DNA of 64,000 bases, from NCBI GenBank assembly GCA_963667665.2, contig OY763927.2, positions 704,001 to 768,000 on the forward strand, given 5' to 3'. Positions 28,098 to 38,408 of the stretch are shown here, piece by piece (position 1 is the stretch's first letter; the number at the start of each line of letters is the position of its first letter). Origin of the DNA: Nitrosopumilus sp. Its GTDB lineage: Archaea; Thermoproteota; Nitrososphaeria; Nitrososphaerales; Nitrosopumilaceae. A program made the translations under genes and the position numbers. The notes below the pieces were generated by a model. The model did no database searches, was not told the origin of the DNA, and saw only the letters and a program-made list of their open reading frames with translations.

Positions 28098-28490
28098 TTA
28101 TGAGTTTTTTTCTTGAACATTAACTATCATAAATAAAGGAGGAGACAAGGCTTCTGGATTATCAATACTTTCCCAAACAAAAACCTGAATATGATAATTT
28201 CCAGATTCGTTTGGAATCCAAGACTGTGCTGGAGAAAATGATTGCCTAGGAGATAATGAACCAGTCAGCCAAGATAATGAAATTACAACATCATTATCAT
28301 TTTTTACTTGTGTAATATATGCAAAGTTTTGTTGAACATCTTGATTGTTTGAAATATCAGCCGTTATCATAATTTGTTCATCAACAAAATGGATTTTCTC
28401 TTGAGAAGAAACTTTAGTTGTAACTGGCTCTGCAAAAACATATCCCATACTTGTGAGAATCAAAAATATTGAAAATATTAGAACTTTCAT
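28098..28490 (-). CDS. Secreted stand-alone SlaA C-terminal-like Ig domain
   Basis: Signal peptide; ITADISNNQD...FAYITQV...SLSWLTGSLSP.QSFSPAQSWIP...FVWESIDNPEALSPP. Confidence 0.75.
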   Translation of the reverse strand: MKVLIFSIFLILTSMGYVFAEPVTTKVSSQEKIHFVDEQIMITADISNNQDVQQNFAYITQVKNDNDVVISLSWLTGSLSPRQSFSPAQSWIPNESGNYHIQVFVWESIDNPEALSPPLFMIVNVQEKNS

Positions 28491-28526
28491 AACTAGTATT
28501 AGTAGGATAGATATTTAATTTATCGA

Positions 28527-28721
28527 ATGAGTAAACTGCCTGAAAAATTCCCAGAATATTCGATAATGTACAAGACACTTTCAAAGAAAATCATAGAACT
28601 AGAAAAAATAAAAAATACTAAAGAAAGTGAAATGCATGATATACAATTAAAAATTCAAAATTACCAAAATGAACTAAATAGAATTAAGACAATGTTTCCA
28701 GATGGTTTTTTTGATGAATAA
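28527..28721 (+). CDS. Small coiled-coil hypothetical protein
   Basis: LPEKFPEYSIMY...MFPDGFF. Confidence 0.65.
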   Translation: MSKLPEKFPEYSIMYKTLSKKIIELEKIKNTKESEMHDIQLKIQNYQNELNRIKTMFPDGFFDE

Positions 28722-28743
28722 AACAAATTATCTCTGAAAAACT

Positions 28744-29181
28744 CTATGCTTCCATAGTTTCTTTGAGTAGATTTTTTCTAACAAGAATTGGAATTGCATA
28801 ATATGATGCAAGCGTCATAGCATCAGACGCACGATAATTTTTTAACACAAGGTCTTTTTTGCCTGTAAAGTACAGATTTGCACGTAACACTTCACCACTT
28901 TCATAAATTTTCACTTTGACTAGTATCAATTCATTTTGCTCACAAATCTCTTCAATCATCTTGTAAATTGATGGTGCAGGCTCCCCTTCATCTTCACCAA
29001 AACTTGAGATGTGTCTTACAACTTCGCCAGAAAATGCCCGCATGTGAAATTCTTTTCCATTATCTGCTTTTAGAATAACCATACCTTCAACGGCATATGG
29101 ATCTACAAATCCAGCATAATCAATTTTGACTGATTCATAATCAGGCTCTTGCGCTTGATCAATATCCATCGTGTTACGCAT
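28744..29181 (-). CDS. Bifunctional nuclease family (DUF151) protein
   Basis: LVKVKIY...LRANLYF...RASDAMTLA...PILV. Confidence 0.8.
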   Translation of the reverse strand: MRNTMDIDQAQEPDYESVKIDYAGFVDPYAVEGMVILKADNGKEFHMRAFSGEVVRHISSFGEDEGEPAPSIYKMIEEICEQNELILVKVKIYESGEVLRANLYFTGKKDLVLKNYRASDAMTLASYYAIPILVRKNLLKETMEA

Positions 29182-29310
29182 AAACTTCAGGTTCAGTGCT
29201 TATAAAGTTAGCAAAAATTTTGAGATCAAATTATGAAATGATCGAAAGGTAAATTATTTTTTAACAAACAAGACTATTGCGTAACCCCAAATTATTTAAA
29301 ATCCCTAACT

Positions 29311-31137
29311 ATGGGTAGCATGATGTCAACAAACCCAGAACGTGCTATTTCATATGTTTTAGGAAAATATGTCACGCAGTATATGAATAAGGACGTACTA
29401 ATTCTTAGCCCACATACACAAACGAGAGAAGCTGCAAGAATGTTACGTCGTTATGAAACAGATGACATTATTGTTATTGATAAAAATGGTGTTCCAAGAG
29501 GAATTGTTACTGATGAAGACATTCTAAGTAAAGTTAGTGATGTCGCAGTTTATGCAGAAGCCACAACACTAAAGGAGGTTATGAGCACCCCACTTATCAC
29601 TATTAATGAAAAGGCAACGTTACAAGATGCCTTACATAAAATGAGAGATAATGATATCAGAAAACTCCCGGTACTAACAAAGAAAAACAAAGTAGTTGGC
29701 ATTATTTATCAGACAACCATTGCAAATGTAATTCGAAACGCCACTGCAACTACACCTCGCCTTTTGAGTCCTCCCGTAAAAGCAATTCTAGGGAATCTAG
29801 GTTTTGTATTACAGTTTGCAGGAGTTTTGTTGCTTGTACCAGCTCTTGTTGCAACAGTTTTAGAAGATGCAGTGATTGCTACGGGAATTTACCTGACTAC
29901 AGTTCTTTTGCTAATTACAGGATTCTTTCTAAACTCTTATGGTGAAAAATCAAGCCTCAATCTACAACAAGCATCAATCCTAGTCTTTGCGAGTTTATTT
30001 TTACTGTCACTGTTTGGAACTATTCCGTATCTATACGTATTTCCCAGTGATGAAAATAGTGCCGAAGTCTTTGCAAATGCATTCTTTTCAAGCGCTGCAG
30101 GATTTACTACTGGTGGAATATCCCTATTTGATGAACCAGAAAAACTTTCTCAGAGTTTCACATTCTTTCGAAGTTACACTCAGCTTGTAGGAGGGATGAG
30201 TTTCATTTATTTGGTGATTACAGCATTTTATCCAGAGTCAAAACTACAATCCATGCGTGGTTTCATATCAGGAAGAACACTTCACATGAAGGAACTTTTC
30301 TTAACCATCACAATAATTTTTTCGATTTACATTGTAATTGTTGCAACACTATTGTATTTCTTAGGTGAAAGAGACATACTGGATAATTTCTCATTGGCGA
30401 TGAGTACATTATCAACTGGAGGATTCATCCCTACATCAACAATTCTTGAGGATTTACTTTGGCAGGAACATATTGTATTGATGGGTGCAATGATACTTGG
30501 AGCATTACCATTTACATTTCACTATGCATTTGTTAGAAAAAAATTCCTTTCACCAAAACTTGGAAAGGAAGTTCTGACATACTTTGCAATTTTAGGTGGT
30601 GCATCTGCTTTGTTTGTTGCAGTTAGTGGTCTTGAGCCATTGGAAAGTGTATTTTATTCTGTATCAGCTAGTACTACTGCAGGACTTCAACAAGAAAGTT
30701 TAGCAGGACTTAGTGGAGGAGCTCACACAATTTTGATAATTTTGATGTTTGTTGGTGGATGTGGATTCTCAACTGCAGGGGGTTTGAAAGTATTTAGACT
30801 ATTCCACTTGAAAGATGTTAGATCTCTTTTGAGTAAAGTAAAAAGAGCTGAACTACCAACTCAAGCAAAGAAAGAAGTTATTTCTACGATTATTATTCTT
30901 GCATTATTTCCTACAATTGCAGCAATTACAGGATTACATCTGGCAAACATTGAGGATGTACCATATCAAGATGCATTCTTTGAAGCAGTTGGAGTCATTA
31001 CAACGGGAGGACTCACTGCAGGAGTTATTGATACAGATACGGATGCCGCAACAAAGATTGTTTTAGGATTTTTGATGATATTTGGTAGATTAGAAATAAT
31101 TGCGATTATCTACATTTTTGTTCCTAGACTTAGCTAG
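29311..31137 (+). CDS. CBS-pair + TrkH-type potassium transporter
   Basis: Two N-terminal CBS domains; pore loops GFTTGG, STGGF, TTAG, TTGG; GRLE. Confidence 0.9.
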   Translation: MGSMMSTNPERAISYVLGKYVTQYMNKDVLILSPHTQTREAARMLRRYETDDIIVIDKNGVPRGIVTDEDILSKVSDVAVYAEATTLKEVMSTPLITINEKATLQDALHKMRDNDIRKLPVLTKKNKVVGIIYQTTIANVIRNATATTPRLLSPPVKAILGNLGFVLQFAGVLLLVPALVATVLEDAVIATGIYLTTVLLLITGFFLNSYGEKSSLNLQQASILVFASLFLLSLFGTIPYLYVFPSDENSAEVFANAFFSSAAGFTTGGISLFDEPEKLSQSFTFFRSYTQLVGGMSFIYLVITAFYPESKLQSMRGFISGRTLHMKELFLTITIIFSIYIVIVATLLYFLGERDILDNFSLAMSTLSTGGFIPTSTILEDLLWQEHIVLMGAMILGALPFTFHYAFVRKKFLSPKLGKEVLTYFAILGGASALFVAVSGLEPLESVFYSVSASTTAGLQQESLAGLSGGAHTILIILMFVGGCGFSTAGGLKVFRLFHLKDVRSLLSKVKRAELPTQAKKEVISTIIILALFPTIAAITGLHLANIEDVPYQDAFFEAVGVITTGGLTAGVIDTDTDAATKIVLGFLMIFGRLEIIAIIYIFVPRLS

Positions 31138-31173
31138 GATACGATTTAATTTCATAGAAAAAAGTTCTAAATC

Positions 31174-32004
31174 ATGAAAAAACAATCAGAAAAAAATACA
31201 AGCAGTGGAAAGAGACTGATTGTTTTTGGATTTAGCATAATTGTAATATTATTTTTGCTTTATCATAGGTATCAAGATCCAGAGCTTCTTACACCTAGTG
31301 CAATTGATTCAATACAAAGAATAGCCTATGGATTTTACATAACATTGGTTGCAGCATTTGGTGCTATGGGTCTTGGTATGTATAGATACCACAAGGAAAA
31401 AGTTGAAAGCAAAGGAAGTGATCTATCAACTATAATTGCATTAACTACATGGAATTCAAAGTCACGTAAAATCTTTGTTGTTATATTTATCGGATATGGA
31501 ATATTCTTTTCACTAATATCAGGTACACTAATGTATCAACCCGATGTAAACTTTGCAATTCATTATGGAGCAACTATTCCATCTGGTTTTATTGCACCAT
31601 GTTGTGATAGTCCAGGATACATGCCAAAGATAATTGTATACCTTACAGAGCATGTAGGTTTACAGATAATTCCAATAAATTTAGTGTTGCAAATAGTTGT
31701 ATCATATCTAGTTGGATTAAATGCATCAATTGCAATTAATGCATATACAATTTCAAAGAATGGTAGAGGAATGAGTACAATAGGAGCAGCAACAGGACTA
31801 TTCATCGCATGCCCAACATGTGCTGGAACATTTCTGTCAATTTTCATTGGTACAGCAAGTGGGATTGCATTATCAATTGCATTATCACAATTACAGACGT
31901 TATTTATTGCAATTTCAATTCCTGTGTTAATTATTACACCATATGTAATGGCAAAAAAATTACGAAATACTGATGGTAGTTGTAAAATAGATCCTACAAA
32001 ATAA
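31174..32004 (+). CDS. Conserved membrane protein with CxxC
   Basis: Multiple TM helices; ACPTCAG. Confidence 0.75.
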   Translation: MKKQSEKNTSSGKRLIVFGFSIIVILFLLYHRYQDPELLTPSAIDSIQRIAYGFYITLVAAFGAMGLGMYRYHKEKVESKGSDLSTIIALTTWNSKSRKIFVVIFIGYGIFFSLISGTLMYQPDVNFAIHYGATIPSGFIAPCCDSPGYMPKIIVYLTEHVGLQIIPINLVLQIVVSYLVGLNASIAINAYTISKNGRGMSTIGAATGLFIACPTCAGTFLSIFIGTASGIALSIALSQLQTLFIAISIPVLIITPYVMAKKLRNTDGSCKIDPTK

Positions 32005-32254
32005 ATTTTTTGACTTCAGGAATTTTATGATTTCCTATATCATAACCATCACGTCTTAGAAATTTTAGTGTAAACTTGTAAATCAATTCATCATGATTTA
32101 CTTGATCCAATATTTCAGTCCATAGAACTTTTTCATTCATATCAATTTGTTTTTTAAAATCAGGATTCATAGATTCAGCAATATCTCGACATTCTTCCAA
32201 AGTTTTACCATTTTTGTAGGCACGAACACGTCTATCACAGCTCTCCATAATCAA
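31994..32254 (-). CDS. Hypothetical protein
   Basis: 86-aa ORF. Confidence 0.6.
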   Translation of the reverse strand: MIMESCDRRVRAYKNGKTLEECRDIAESMNPDFKKQIDMNEKVLWTEILDQVNHDELIYKFTLKFLRRDGYDIGNHKIPEVKKFIL

Positions 32255-32327
32255 ATAGAATCAAGATTGTAAATAAATATAGTTTGAAGGTGTTTCAAAC
32301 AAATACTAGAGGAGAAAAGTAGGAATA

Positions 32328-32585
32328 ATGGGCATAAAAACGACCTTAGAATATGTAGATTTTTTCATTAATCTCAACATGGGAGAAAACGTTAGTCTAC
32401 TATGTTTTGTTAATAATGAAAAACTAGTTTTAAAACAAAAACTGGAATACAAAAATTTAGAAAAAGGGCCAATTAAAAAAGGGATAGAGATTTTAGAAGG
32501 ATTGGTAAAAGAAATTAACCAGATTGGAGAAAAAGCAATACTAGAGAAATATCAAAAACAATTTCATGGAAAAGACAATGAATAA
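32328..32585 (+). CDS. Hypothetical protein
   Basis: 85-aa ORF. Confidence 0.6.
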   Translation: MGIKTTLEYVDFFINLNMGENVSLLCFVNNEKLVLKQKLEYKNLEKGPIKKGIEILEGLVKEINQIGEKAILEKYQKQFHGKDNE

Positions 32586-33138
32586 AAATTTAGAAATAAT
32601 TAGAACAGAAATTATCAGAATTCTTCATGAAAATGGAAAAATTCGTGGAGCAGATCTTGCCAAAAGAGTAATAGAAAAAGTAGGTAATGAGAAAATTGTT
32701 TACAGAGAAATCAGTGCTCTAGTTGAAGCAGGAGAAGTTGAAAAAAAGGTACACAACAGATCCCACATAGAATACGAGTTGATCAATTTATCAGAATCAG
32801 TGAACAAACAACTCAAAAACTTACACAAAGAAATTGATATTATTTTCGATGAAATTGTTAATTTTGACAATATTAGTAAAGAAGATAAATTATCCACACA
32901 TGAAAGATTAAGTTCAGTTATTCAGAGCATACACATAGTACAGTCAACTGATGGAGTGATGAAACTATTGTCTTATTATCCTGCATTTAAAAAAGACAAA
33001 ATGTTTTCACAAATAAATAGGAAAATTAATGACTGTTGGGAGATAATCATGAGCACTATAGCACATCAACCAGAAGATAATTTTCTAAATAAAATTCTAG
33101 CAAACTTAAGAATATCGCAATTTGATTCAAAGAATTGA
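32566..33138 (+). CDS. wHTH-containing protein
   Basis: EIIRILHENGKIRGADL...VYREISALVEAGEVEK...EYEL. Confidence 0.65.
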   Translation: MEKTMNKNLEIIRTEIIRILHENGKIRGADLAKRVIEKVGNEKIVYREISALVEAGEVEKKVHNRSHIEYELINLSESVNKQLKNLHKEIDIIFDEIVNFDNISKEDKLSTHERLSSVIQSIHIVQSTDGVMKLLSYYPAFKKDKMFSQINRKINDCWEIIMSTIAHQPEDNFLNKILANLRISQFDSKN

Positions 33139-33139
33139 A

Positions 33140-33412
33140 TTAGAGTTTCTTTAATTTCTCAACAATAACCTTAAGAATTTCTTCATCATCAAGCAGAATT
33201 AGGGGAAAGTCATTCTCTTCACTTGCTTTACGAAATTCGGTATCTTTTGTGATTATAATCATGTCATTTTCTCGAGCATAGTTAATTATAGAATAATCAG
33301 AACCAAGTTTTTTTCCAGTAATTTGCAATTTTCGTACGCTATAGGCATCAAAACCTTGCTCTTTGAGTCTTTCATCCATACCATCTAGATTTTCATCGAC
33401 TAGAATTTTCAT
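33140..33412 (-). CDS. DUF5615 / Mut7-C PIN-like protein
   Basis: MKILVDENL...SDYSIINYARENDMIIITKDTEF; probable start ATG 33412. Confidence 0.85.
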   Translation of the reverse strand: MKILVDENLDGMDERLKEQGFDAYSVRKLQITGKKLGSDYSIINYARENDMIIITKDTEFRKASEENDFPLILLDDEEILKVIVEKLKKL

Positions 33413-33495
33413 ATCATTCCATGAATTTATTTCAATATTAGTGTAAACTGACATTTCAAATGACAAGTACTTATTTTCAATAAAACCATTAATTT

Positions 33496-33732
33496 TTGAT
33501 GGATGTGAAAGATGAAGACAAGTCTGAAGAATCAATGAAAAATCATATCTCATATTACAAATCATTAACCAAAGTGATCTTAGATATTCAAAAAGAAGCA
33601 AATTCTGGAGTAGATTCAATAATTAAAAATCATCTAGATGAAAGAATTGAAGCAGTTGAAAAAGATAGAAAAAGAATTAGAAAAATGTTTCCAGAAATTA
33701 GAGAAGAGGAATGGGATGACAACACCAACTGA
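33496..33732 (+). CDS. Small hypothetical protein
   Basis: Helical, ends RKMFPE (similar to the 28527 ORF ending). Confidence 0.6.
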   Translation: MMDVKDEDKSEESMKNHISYYKSLTKVILDIQKEANSGVDSIIKNHLDERIEAVEKDRKRIRKMFPEIREEEWDDNTN

Positions 33733-33922
33733 AAAAAATCACAATAAACACCTGGACTTACTTCAAGACTATAAGACACATTTGGTAAAATATATCCTGG
33801 AATTAGAAAAAATGGACAAGCAGTCAGAATTTGCAAAAAAATGGAATGAGACCACCATAAAAGAAAGAAAGAAAGAACTGCAAGTAATAGACAAGATTTT
33901 GAAAAATTTGATTAGATTCTAG
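33638..33922 (+). CDS. Small coiled-coil hypothetical protein (probable start about 33716)
   Basis: MTTPTEKNHNKHLDLLQDYK... Confidence 0.5.
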   Translation: MKELKQLKKIEKELEKCFQKLEKRNGMTTPTEKNHNKHLDLLQDYKTHLVKYILELEKMDKQSEFAKKWNETTIKERKKELQVIDKILKNLIRF

Positions 33923-34266
33923 TGGTGATATTTCTGCGTCAAGTCATAAAGGTATGTACAAAATTCATCTACATGTTCAGTAGATACTCCATCAAACCAA
34001 GCAAGTTCTTTATCGATATTAAAACCCTGAAAATCAAACTTCGAATGTACGAACTCCATTTCAGTATGAATTAGTTTTTTGATTTCTTCTTGTTCTTTTT
34101 TTGATAGTACATAGTTACATGTCATCAAATCAATCTGAACATAGTAATTTTTATGACTAGGATTTATCTTTGCTTTGATAAAGGGTTTGTTTAGTTGCTT
34201 ACATTCCATGTAATGTTTTTCATACTCAAACATCTTAGAGTCTCCAAGATATTTATGAAATACCAT
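33919..34266 (-). CDS. Hypothetical protein
   Basis: 115-aa ORF. Confidence 0.6.
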   Translation of the reverse strand: MVFHKYLGDSKMFEYEKHYMECKQLNKPFIKAKINPSHKNYYVQIDLMTCNYVLSKKEQEEIKKLIHTEMEFVHSKFDFQGFNIDKELAWFDGVSTEHVDEFCTYLYDLTQKYHH

Positions 34267-34302
34267 AATGTTTAGGAAAAAATAGCGTTATCTAAATTTT
34301 TT

Positions 34303-34683
34303 CTAGATAGCAATAGTAATTTTCTTTATTTTTGTAATCAATCTAATTTTTGTGTTAATTGGCATTTCAGGTTCCATTGAAAAGTAGACAATATTTCTTT
34401 TTGTGTAAATTACCATTTGAGATACTTTTTCACGTTCAACATGAACATATCTTACTTTACCAAGAGTTCTGTCAAATTCTTTTCTCATAGTTCTTCTTTG
34501 AGCAACTTGTTTACAGAAATGCTCTTCTTCTTTTTGGGATTCAAGACTTGTTTTTCCTGATTTCATAATTGCTTCTCGAATGTTTCCCTTTGGATCAATT
34601 ATTGCTGCAAATCTCATTTTTGAATCTAAATCAAGAATGTTTTGTACAATCTCAAGCAGATCAACTTGTTTCTTTGCAACCAT
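34303..34683 (-). CDS. Roadblock-like (DUF6659-type) protein
   Basis: ILDLDSKMRFAAII...R.EFDRTLGKVRY....REKV. Confidence 0.75.
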   Translation of the reverse strand: MVAKKQVDLLEIVQNILDLDSKMRFAAIIDPKGNIREAIMKSGKTSLESQKEEEHFCKQVAQRRTMRKEFDRTLGKVRYVHVEREKVSQMVIYTKRNIVYFSMEPEMPINTKIRLITKIKKITIAI

Positions 34684-34786
34684 TCTAATTCAAAAATTTC
34701 AGCACTAAATATAAGCTATTGAAAGCATTTCAAATGAACATATGATCAAAGTCATGGTTAAATTATTTTAAAAATATACATTCTGT

Positions 34787-35404
34787 ATGAAAAGCTCAAT
34801 CTCCAGAGTACTTGAAGAGTTAGAAATACAGTCTACACGTGAGAAATCAAAGAAAGAAGATATTCCACATGAAGATAGGATGCTTGCCATAACAAAAGAA
34901 ACAGGAGAGTTACTCAACATGATTTTGCGTCTAAAAAATGCAAAAAATATGCTTGAGGTAGGCATGTCAACAGGATATTCCACAATATGGTGTGCAGAAG
35001 CCATTTCAGAACAATCAGGAAAAATTATCACAATTGAGCAAAATCCAAGTAAAATTAGAAGAGCAAGAGAGAACTTTCAAAAAGCAGGAGTTACAAATAC
35101 AATAATCATAAAGGAAGGATTAGCAATGCAAATACTTTCAGAATTAAGTTTACAGAAAAAATATGGTAATTTTTTTGATTTTGTTTTAATCGATGCAGAT
35201 AAAGAGAATGTGATAGAATATTTTGATTTAATTCTTCCAATGGTTACAATTGGGGGAGTAATTGTTACAGATAATATGTTGTATCCTGAAAGATTTAGAG
35301 AAGAGATGAAGAAATTTTCAGACTATCTCAAAGAAAATCCAAAACTCCACACCATAACATTACCTATTGGAAATGGAGAGGAAATTACAATAAAGATAAG
35401 TTGA
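34787..35404 (+). CDS. O-methyltransferase (Methyltransf_3 type)
   Basis: LEVGMSTGYST, FDFVLIDADK, GGVIVTDN. Confidence 0.92.
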   Translation: MKSSISRVLEELEIQSTREKSKKEDIPHEDRMLAITKETGELLNMILRLKNAKNMLEVGMSTGYSTIWCAEAISEQSGKIITIEQNPSKIRRARENFQKAGVTNTIIIKEGLAMQILSELSLQKKYGNFFDFVLIDADKENVIEYFDLILPMVTIGGVIVTDNMLYPERFREEMKKFSDYLKENPKLHTITLPIGNGEEITIKIS

Positions 35405-35417
35405 TGTATTGAAAGAA

Positions 35418-36227
35418 TTAGATTTGTAGTTTAAATCTCTGACTCAGAACAATCATAGATACAATGGACACCCCAAGAATTGCCAAAGTCATTGTGCCAA
35501 ACTCTGGAACTATAAATGTTCCAACAATAGTTAAAATTTTTGAATCAGCAGTCAATGACATAAACAACACATTAAGATCTCCTTCTCGAATATTCTCAAA
35601 ATCTGAAATCTTTTCGCCGTCAACCCAGATTGTAAATGGGCCATCAATTAGTCCAGAAGGCAATCGAAGTTCTAAATCATGATTCTCAGATTTTGCATCA
35701 CCAATTATCTCAAAAGTAATTGATTTTTGTTCTTCATCAATTATTGCAGTAGATAGTAAGCGGCTAAAGTCATACTCTACATTAAAGAAGGTAGTACCGT
35801 CACCAACTTGTTTGCCTACATTTGGAATAATAGAATATCCAGATGTCACAATTATTGTACCCATCATCCAAGGATGCAATGTACAATAATATGGATAGTG
35901 ACCTATCTCTGAAAATTTGTAAGTAAATGATTTTCCAGGTGCAAATTCTTTACTATCAAAAAGGCCATCAAGACCATCAGCTTCAGAACCAGAAGTCACT
36001 GTATGGAATGCAGTATCTGCATTTTTCCAAACAATAGTGTCCCCAACGAGAATTTCAACAATACCTGTAGTTGAACCGTCTTTTACACTTTGCCAGAAAT
36101 ATGGAGCCTGTGGATCTGATGAACCAGTTGGCATCTTTACATCATAACTAGTCTGTGCAAAGGCATTAGTTGAAAACGGGATTGTAAATAATACTACAAA
36201 TGCTAGAAGGGTAAGGATTTCTCTCAC
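35418..36227 (-). CDS. Plastocyanin-like blue copper protein with PEFG-CTERM anchor
   Basis: HTVTSG, YYCTLHPWMMG, VPEFG followed by a TM helix. Confidence 0.92.
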   Translation of the reverse strand: MREILTLLAFVVLFTIPFSTNAFAQTSYDVKMPTGSSDPQAPYFWQSVKDGSTTGIVEILVGDTIVWKNADTAFHTVTSGSEADGLDGLFDSKEFAPGKSFTYKFSEIGHYPYYCTLHPWMMGTIIVTSGYSIIPNVGKQVGDGTTFFNVEYDFSRLLSTAIIDEEQKSITFEIIGDAKSENHDLELRLPSGLIDGPFTIWVDGEKISDFENIREGDLNVLFMSLTADSKILTIVGTFIVPEFGTMTLAILGVSIVSMIVLSQRFKLQI

Positions 36228-36327
36228 AAAGATATTGATGATAATTTAATTAAAAGAGTTTACTGTGTTTATAAAGACACACATTTTAGTTATTGTTATT
36301 TATTAATTAGAAAAAATGAATTGAGAC

Positions 36328-36552
36328 ATGAGAACAGGGATAGTAGTTGTTATTATTGGAATTATCATGTTTGCAGTTGGATTAGTATTGTTTTATTCTA
36401 TAGAATTAGGCCAAACAGATCCTGTTTTGAGATTTATCAAGAACATAGGTACGTTTGTAGGTCTTAGTGGAATGGGCGTCACGTTGGCAGGAGTTTTGTT
36501 ATATCTATTAAGTAAAAATGAACCACCAATAAAAGAGAGTTTTGATGTATAA
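36328..36552 (+). CDS. Small 2-TM membrane protein
   Basis: Two hydrophobic helices. Confidence 0.7.
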   Translation: MRTGIVVVIIGIIMFAVGLVLFYSIELGQTDPVLRFIKNIGTFVGLSGMGVTLAGVLLYLLSKNEPPIKESFDV

Positions 36553-36620
36553 ACTAACAATCACACAAATACCAAAATGGTAAACTAAATTATTAGAATA
36601 AAATAAATCAAGATTAAGAA

Positions 36621-37046
36621 ATGACTGAAAAGATCTGGATTGGGGCAATTTATCTAATAGATGAAGGAGGATATGAAATAGTTCTAAAATCTTTAAAACA
36701 TTACAAAAATCGATTAAAAACTATGGGTAACAGTCCAGAATTAAAAAATGCAGCTGCAATGTTTGCATCAGTTTTAAATCAACAGGCAATGAAAACAATT
36801 CCAAAAATTGAGGAAGTAATTAAAAAGGTTCAAGACAATCTTGGAGATATTCAATCAGCTAGTAAGTTAAGTGAAGATGTTCCATTTTTAGAGAAGGCAT
36901 TGTCATGTTATGAAGCAGATATTCACAAAGCAGAAGATATTGGGCATGAATATTTTGTGAAATTAGTTGGAGATATGTTAATTGCAAGAAATGATCTTAA
37001 AATCATCAAGTTAGCACTAGACAAAATAAAGCAATATTCAAAATAA
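36621..37046 (+). CDS. Hypothetical protein
   Basis: 141-aa helical ORF. Confidence 0.7.
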   Translation: MTEKIWIGAIYLIDEGGYEIVLKSLKHYKNRLKTMGNSPELKNAAAMFASVLNQQAMKTIPKIEEVIKKVQDNLGDIQSASKLSEDVPFLEKALSCYEADIHKAEDIGHEYFVKLVGDMLIARNDLKIIKLALDKIKQYSK

Positions 37047-37048
37047 TT

Positions 37049-37279
37049 TTACAATCCTTGCAGATACCAGTCAAAATATGGGATTAATGCTTTACATTGC
37101 TTCTTCTTTTCAGCCTCATCATTCACATCTAAGATTTTTTGGATTTTCCCTTGAAGATATTCCGAGATTAATTCATTTTTGAATTGGGGTTTTATCTGAT
37201 TTAGAATTTCAAAAATCTTCTCTGATGGTGTGTTTTCAAAATCATCTAAAACATGTTTAATTTTATCCGCTAAAGACAT
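37049..37279 (-). CDS. Hypothetical protein
   Basis: 76-aa ORF. Confidence 0.6.
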   Translation of the reverse strand: MSLADKIKHVLDDFENTPSEKIFEILNQIKPQFKNELISEYLQGKIQKILDVNDEAEKKKQCKALIPYFDWYLQGL

Positions 37280-37309
37280 AAAATTCTTGTAAAAACACCC
37301 ATTATTATT

Positions 37310-37540
37310 TTATAGAACATCCTCATCATCCCAAGTGAGACGGAATCTTCCAGTAACTCTAAACATCTGAAGTTTGCCACCTTCTTTGAAAGTTATTTTA
37401 TGAGATATATGTGAAGAATCCTCAATTTCTATAGTCACATTATCTTTGATTGTTTGGAAAACTATTGGATTATTTGAAATTTGATTCCACTCTTCTTCAT
37501 CAAAATCCATGTAGAATTTTGTATATAATAATCCCATCAA
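37310..37540 (-). CDS. Hypothetical protein
   Basis: 76-aa ORF. Confidence 0.6.
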   Translation of the reverse strand: MMGLLYTKFYMDFDEEEWNQISNNPIVFQTIKDNVTIEIEDSSHISHKITFKEGGKLQMFRVTGRFRLTWDDEDVL

Positions 37541-37581
37541 TTAATGATAAAATGTACCTGAATAAATAACTAGATAATATT

Positions 37582-38163
37582 CTAGTTATCAAACGAGTTT
37601 TTTGGAATTGTTATTCCAAGATAACTTACAATTGTTGGAAAAATGATCTCAAAGTCCTTGTCATGTCTAACTATCTCAAAGATTTGGTGAATTAGCTGTT
37701 GAATTGTCAGATGTTCATCTTTATACAATGTTTTTTTTGGATTTTTTGCTGAATCCAAAATAGTAAATCCATTGTCTGTATTCAATAGATTTCTTAGAAG
37801 TGAGTTTGCAATTATTATTTTTTCATCCACATCTTTATGGTGATAATCTGCATCTAGTTTTTTGATTTTTAATTTTAAGTCATGAAAAGAATTTGTTGTA
37901 CTACGTTCAATGTGTTGTTGTGATTTATGTTCATAGTTTTCAGTTGAATAATAGAATTTCATATTACCTCTAGTTCGTACTGAGATGATTTCTTTCTCAA
38001 GTAAAGAATTCCTAGTCTTCTCAAATGTTGTTTTTGCCATAAATTCTGGTACAATTAGTTTTAGTAACGCATTATGATGTAAATTTGGATTAGATTGTAT
38101 TCTCTCAAGTAGAATCCTTTCACGCTCATACATCACTTGGTTAGGCTCATATCGACTCATCAT
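37582..38163 (-). CDS. wHTH-containing protein (similar layout to 32566-33138)
   Basis: ILLERIQSNPNLHHNAL...AKTTFEK...LLEKEII...KFYY. Confidence 0.65.
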   Translation of the reverse strand: MMSRYEPNQVMYERERILLERIQSNPNLHHNALLKLIVPEFMAKTTFEKTRNSLLEKEIISVRTRGNMKFYYSTENYEHKSQQHIERSTTNSFHDLKLKIKKLDADYHHKDVDEKIIIANSLLRNLLNTDNGFTILDSAKNPKKTLYKDEHLTIQQLIHQIFEIVRHDKDFEIIFPTIVSYLGITIPKNSFDN

Positions 38164-38408
38164 TACTAGGTCGACCTAGTATATACAGGTCAACTATAAA
38201 TTAGTATCTAGAGAATAAAATAAGATAGAAAAGTCAGTCTTCAACATGAGCTAAGTCATTATCAAATGGATCTAGATAATTCATCCATCTTTCAAGTTCT
38301 CCAAGATCTCCATCGGATTGAATCTGTCCAGATGTATAACAATACTGTAATGAATCATGCCTAGAATTTGACCTAAAAATACACTATTTATCCACTAACA
38401 CATCCATC

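Noticed and set aside
33413-33619. N-terminal extension of the 159-aa ORF
   Set aside because: The family motif starts at MKILVDENL (33412), and the extension overlaps an opposite-strand gene.
38245-38408. Possible transposase C-terminal remnant left of the IS cluster (LGMIHYSIVIHLDRFNPMEILENLKDG*)
   Set aside because: Too short, with no diagnostic motif or TIR I could confirm.
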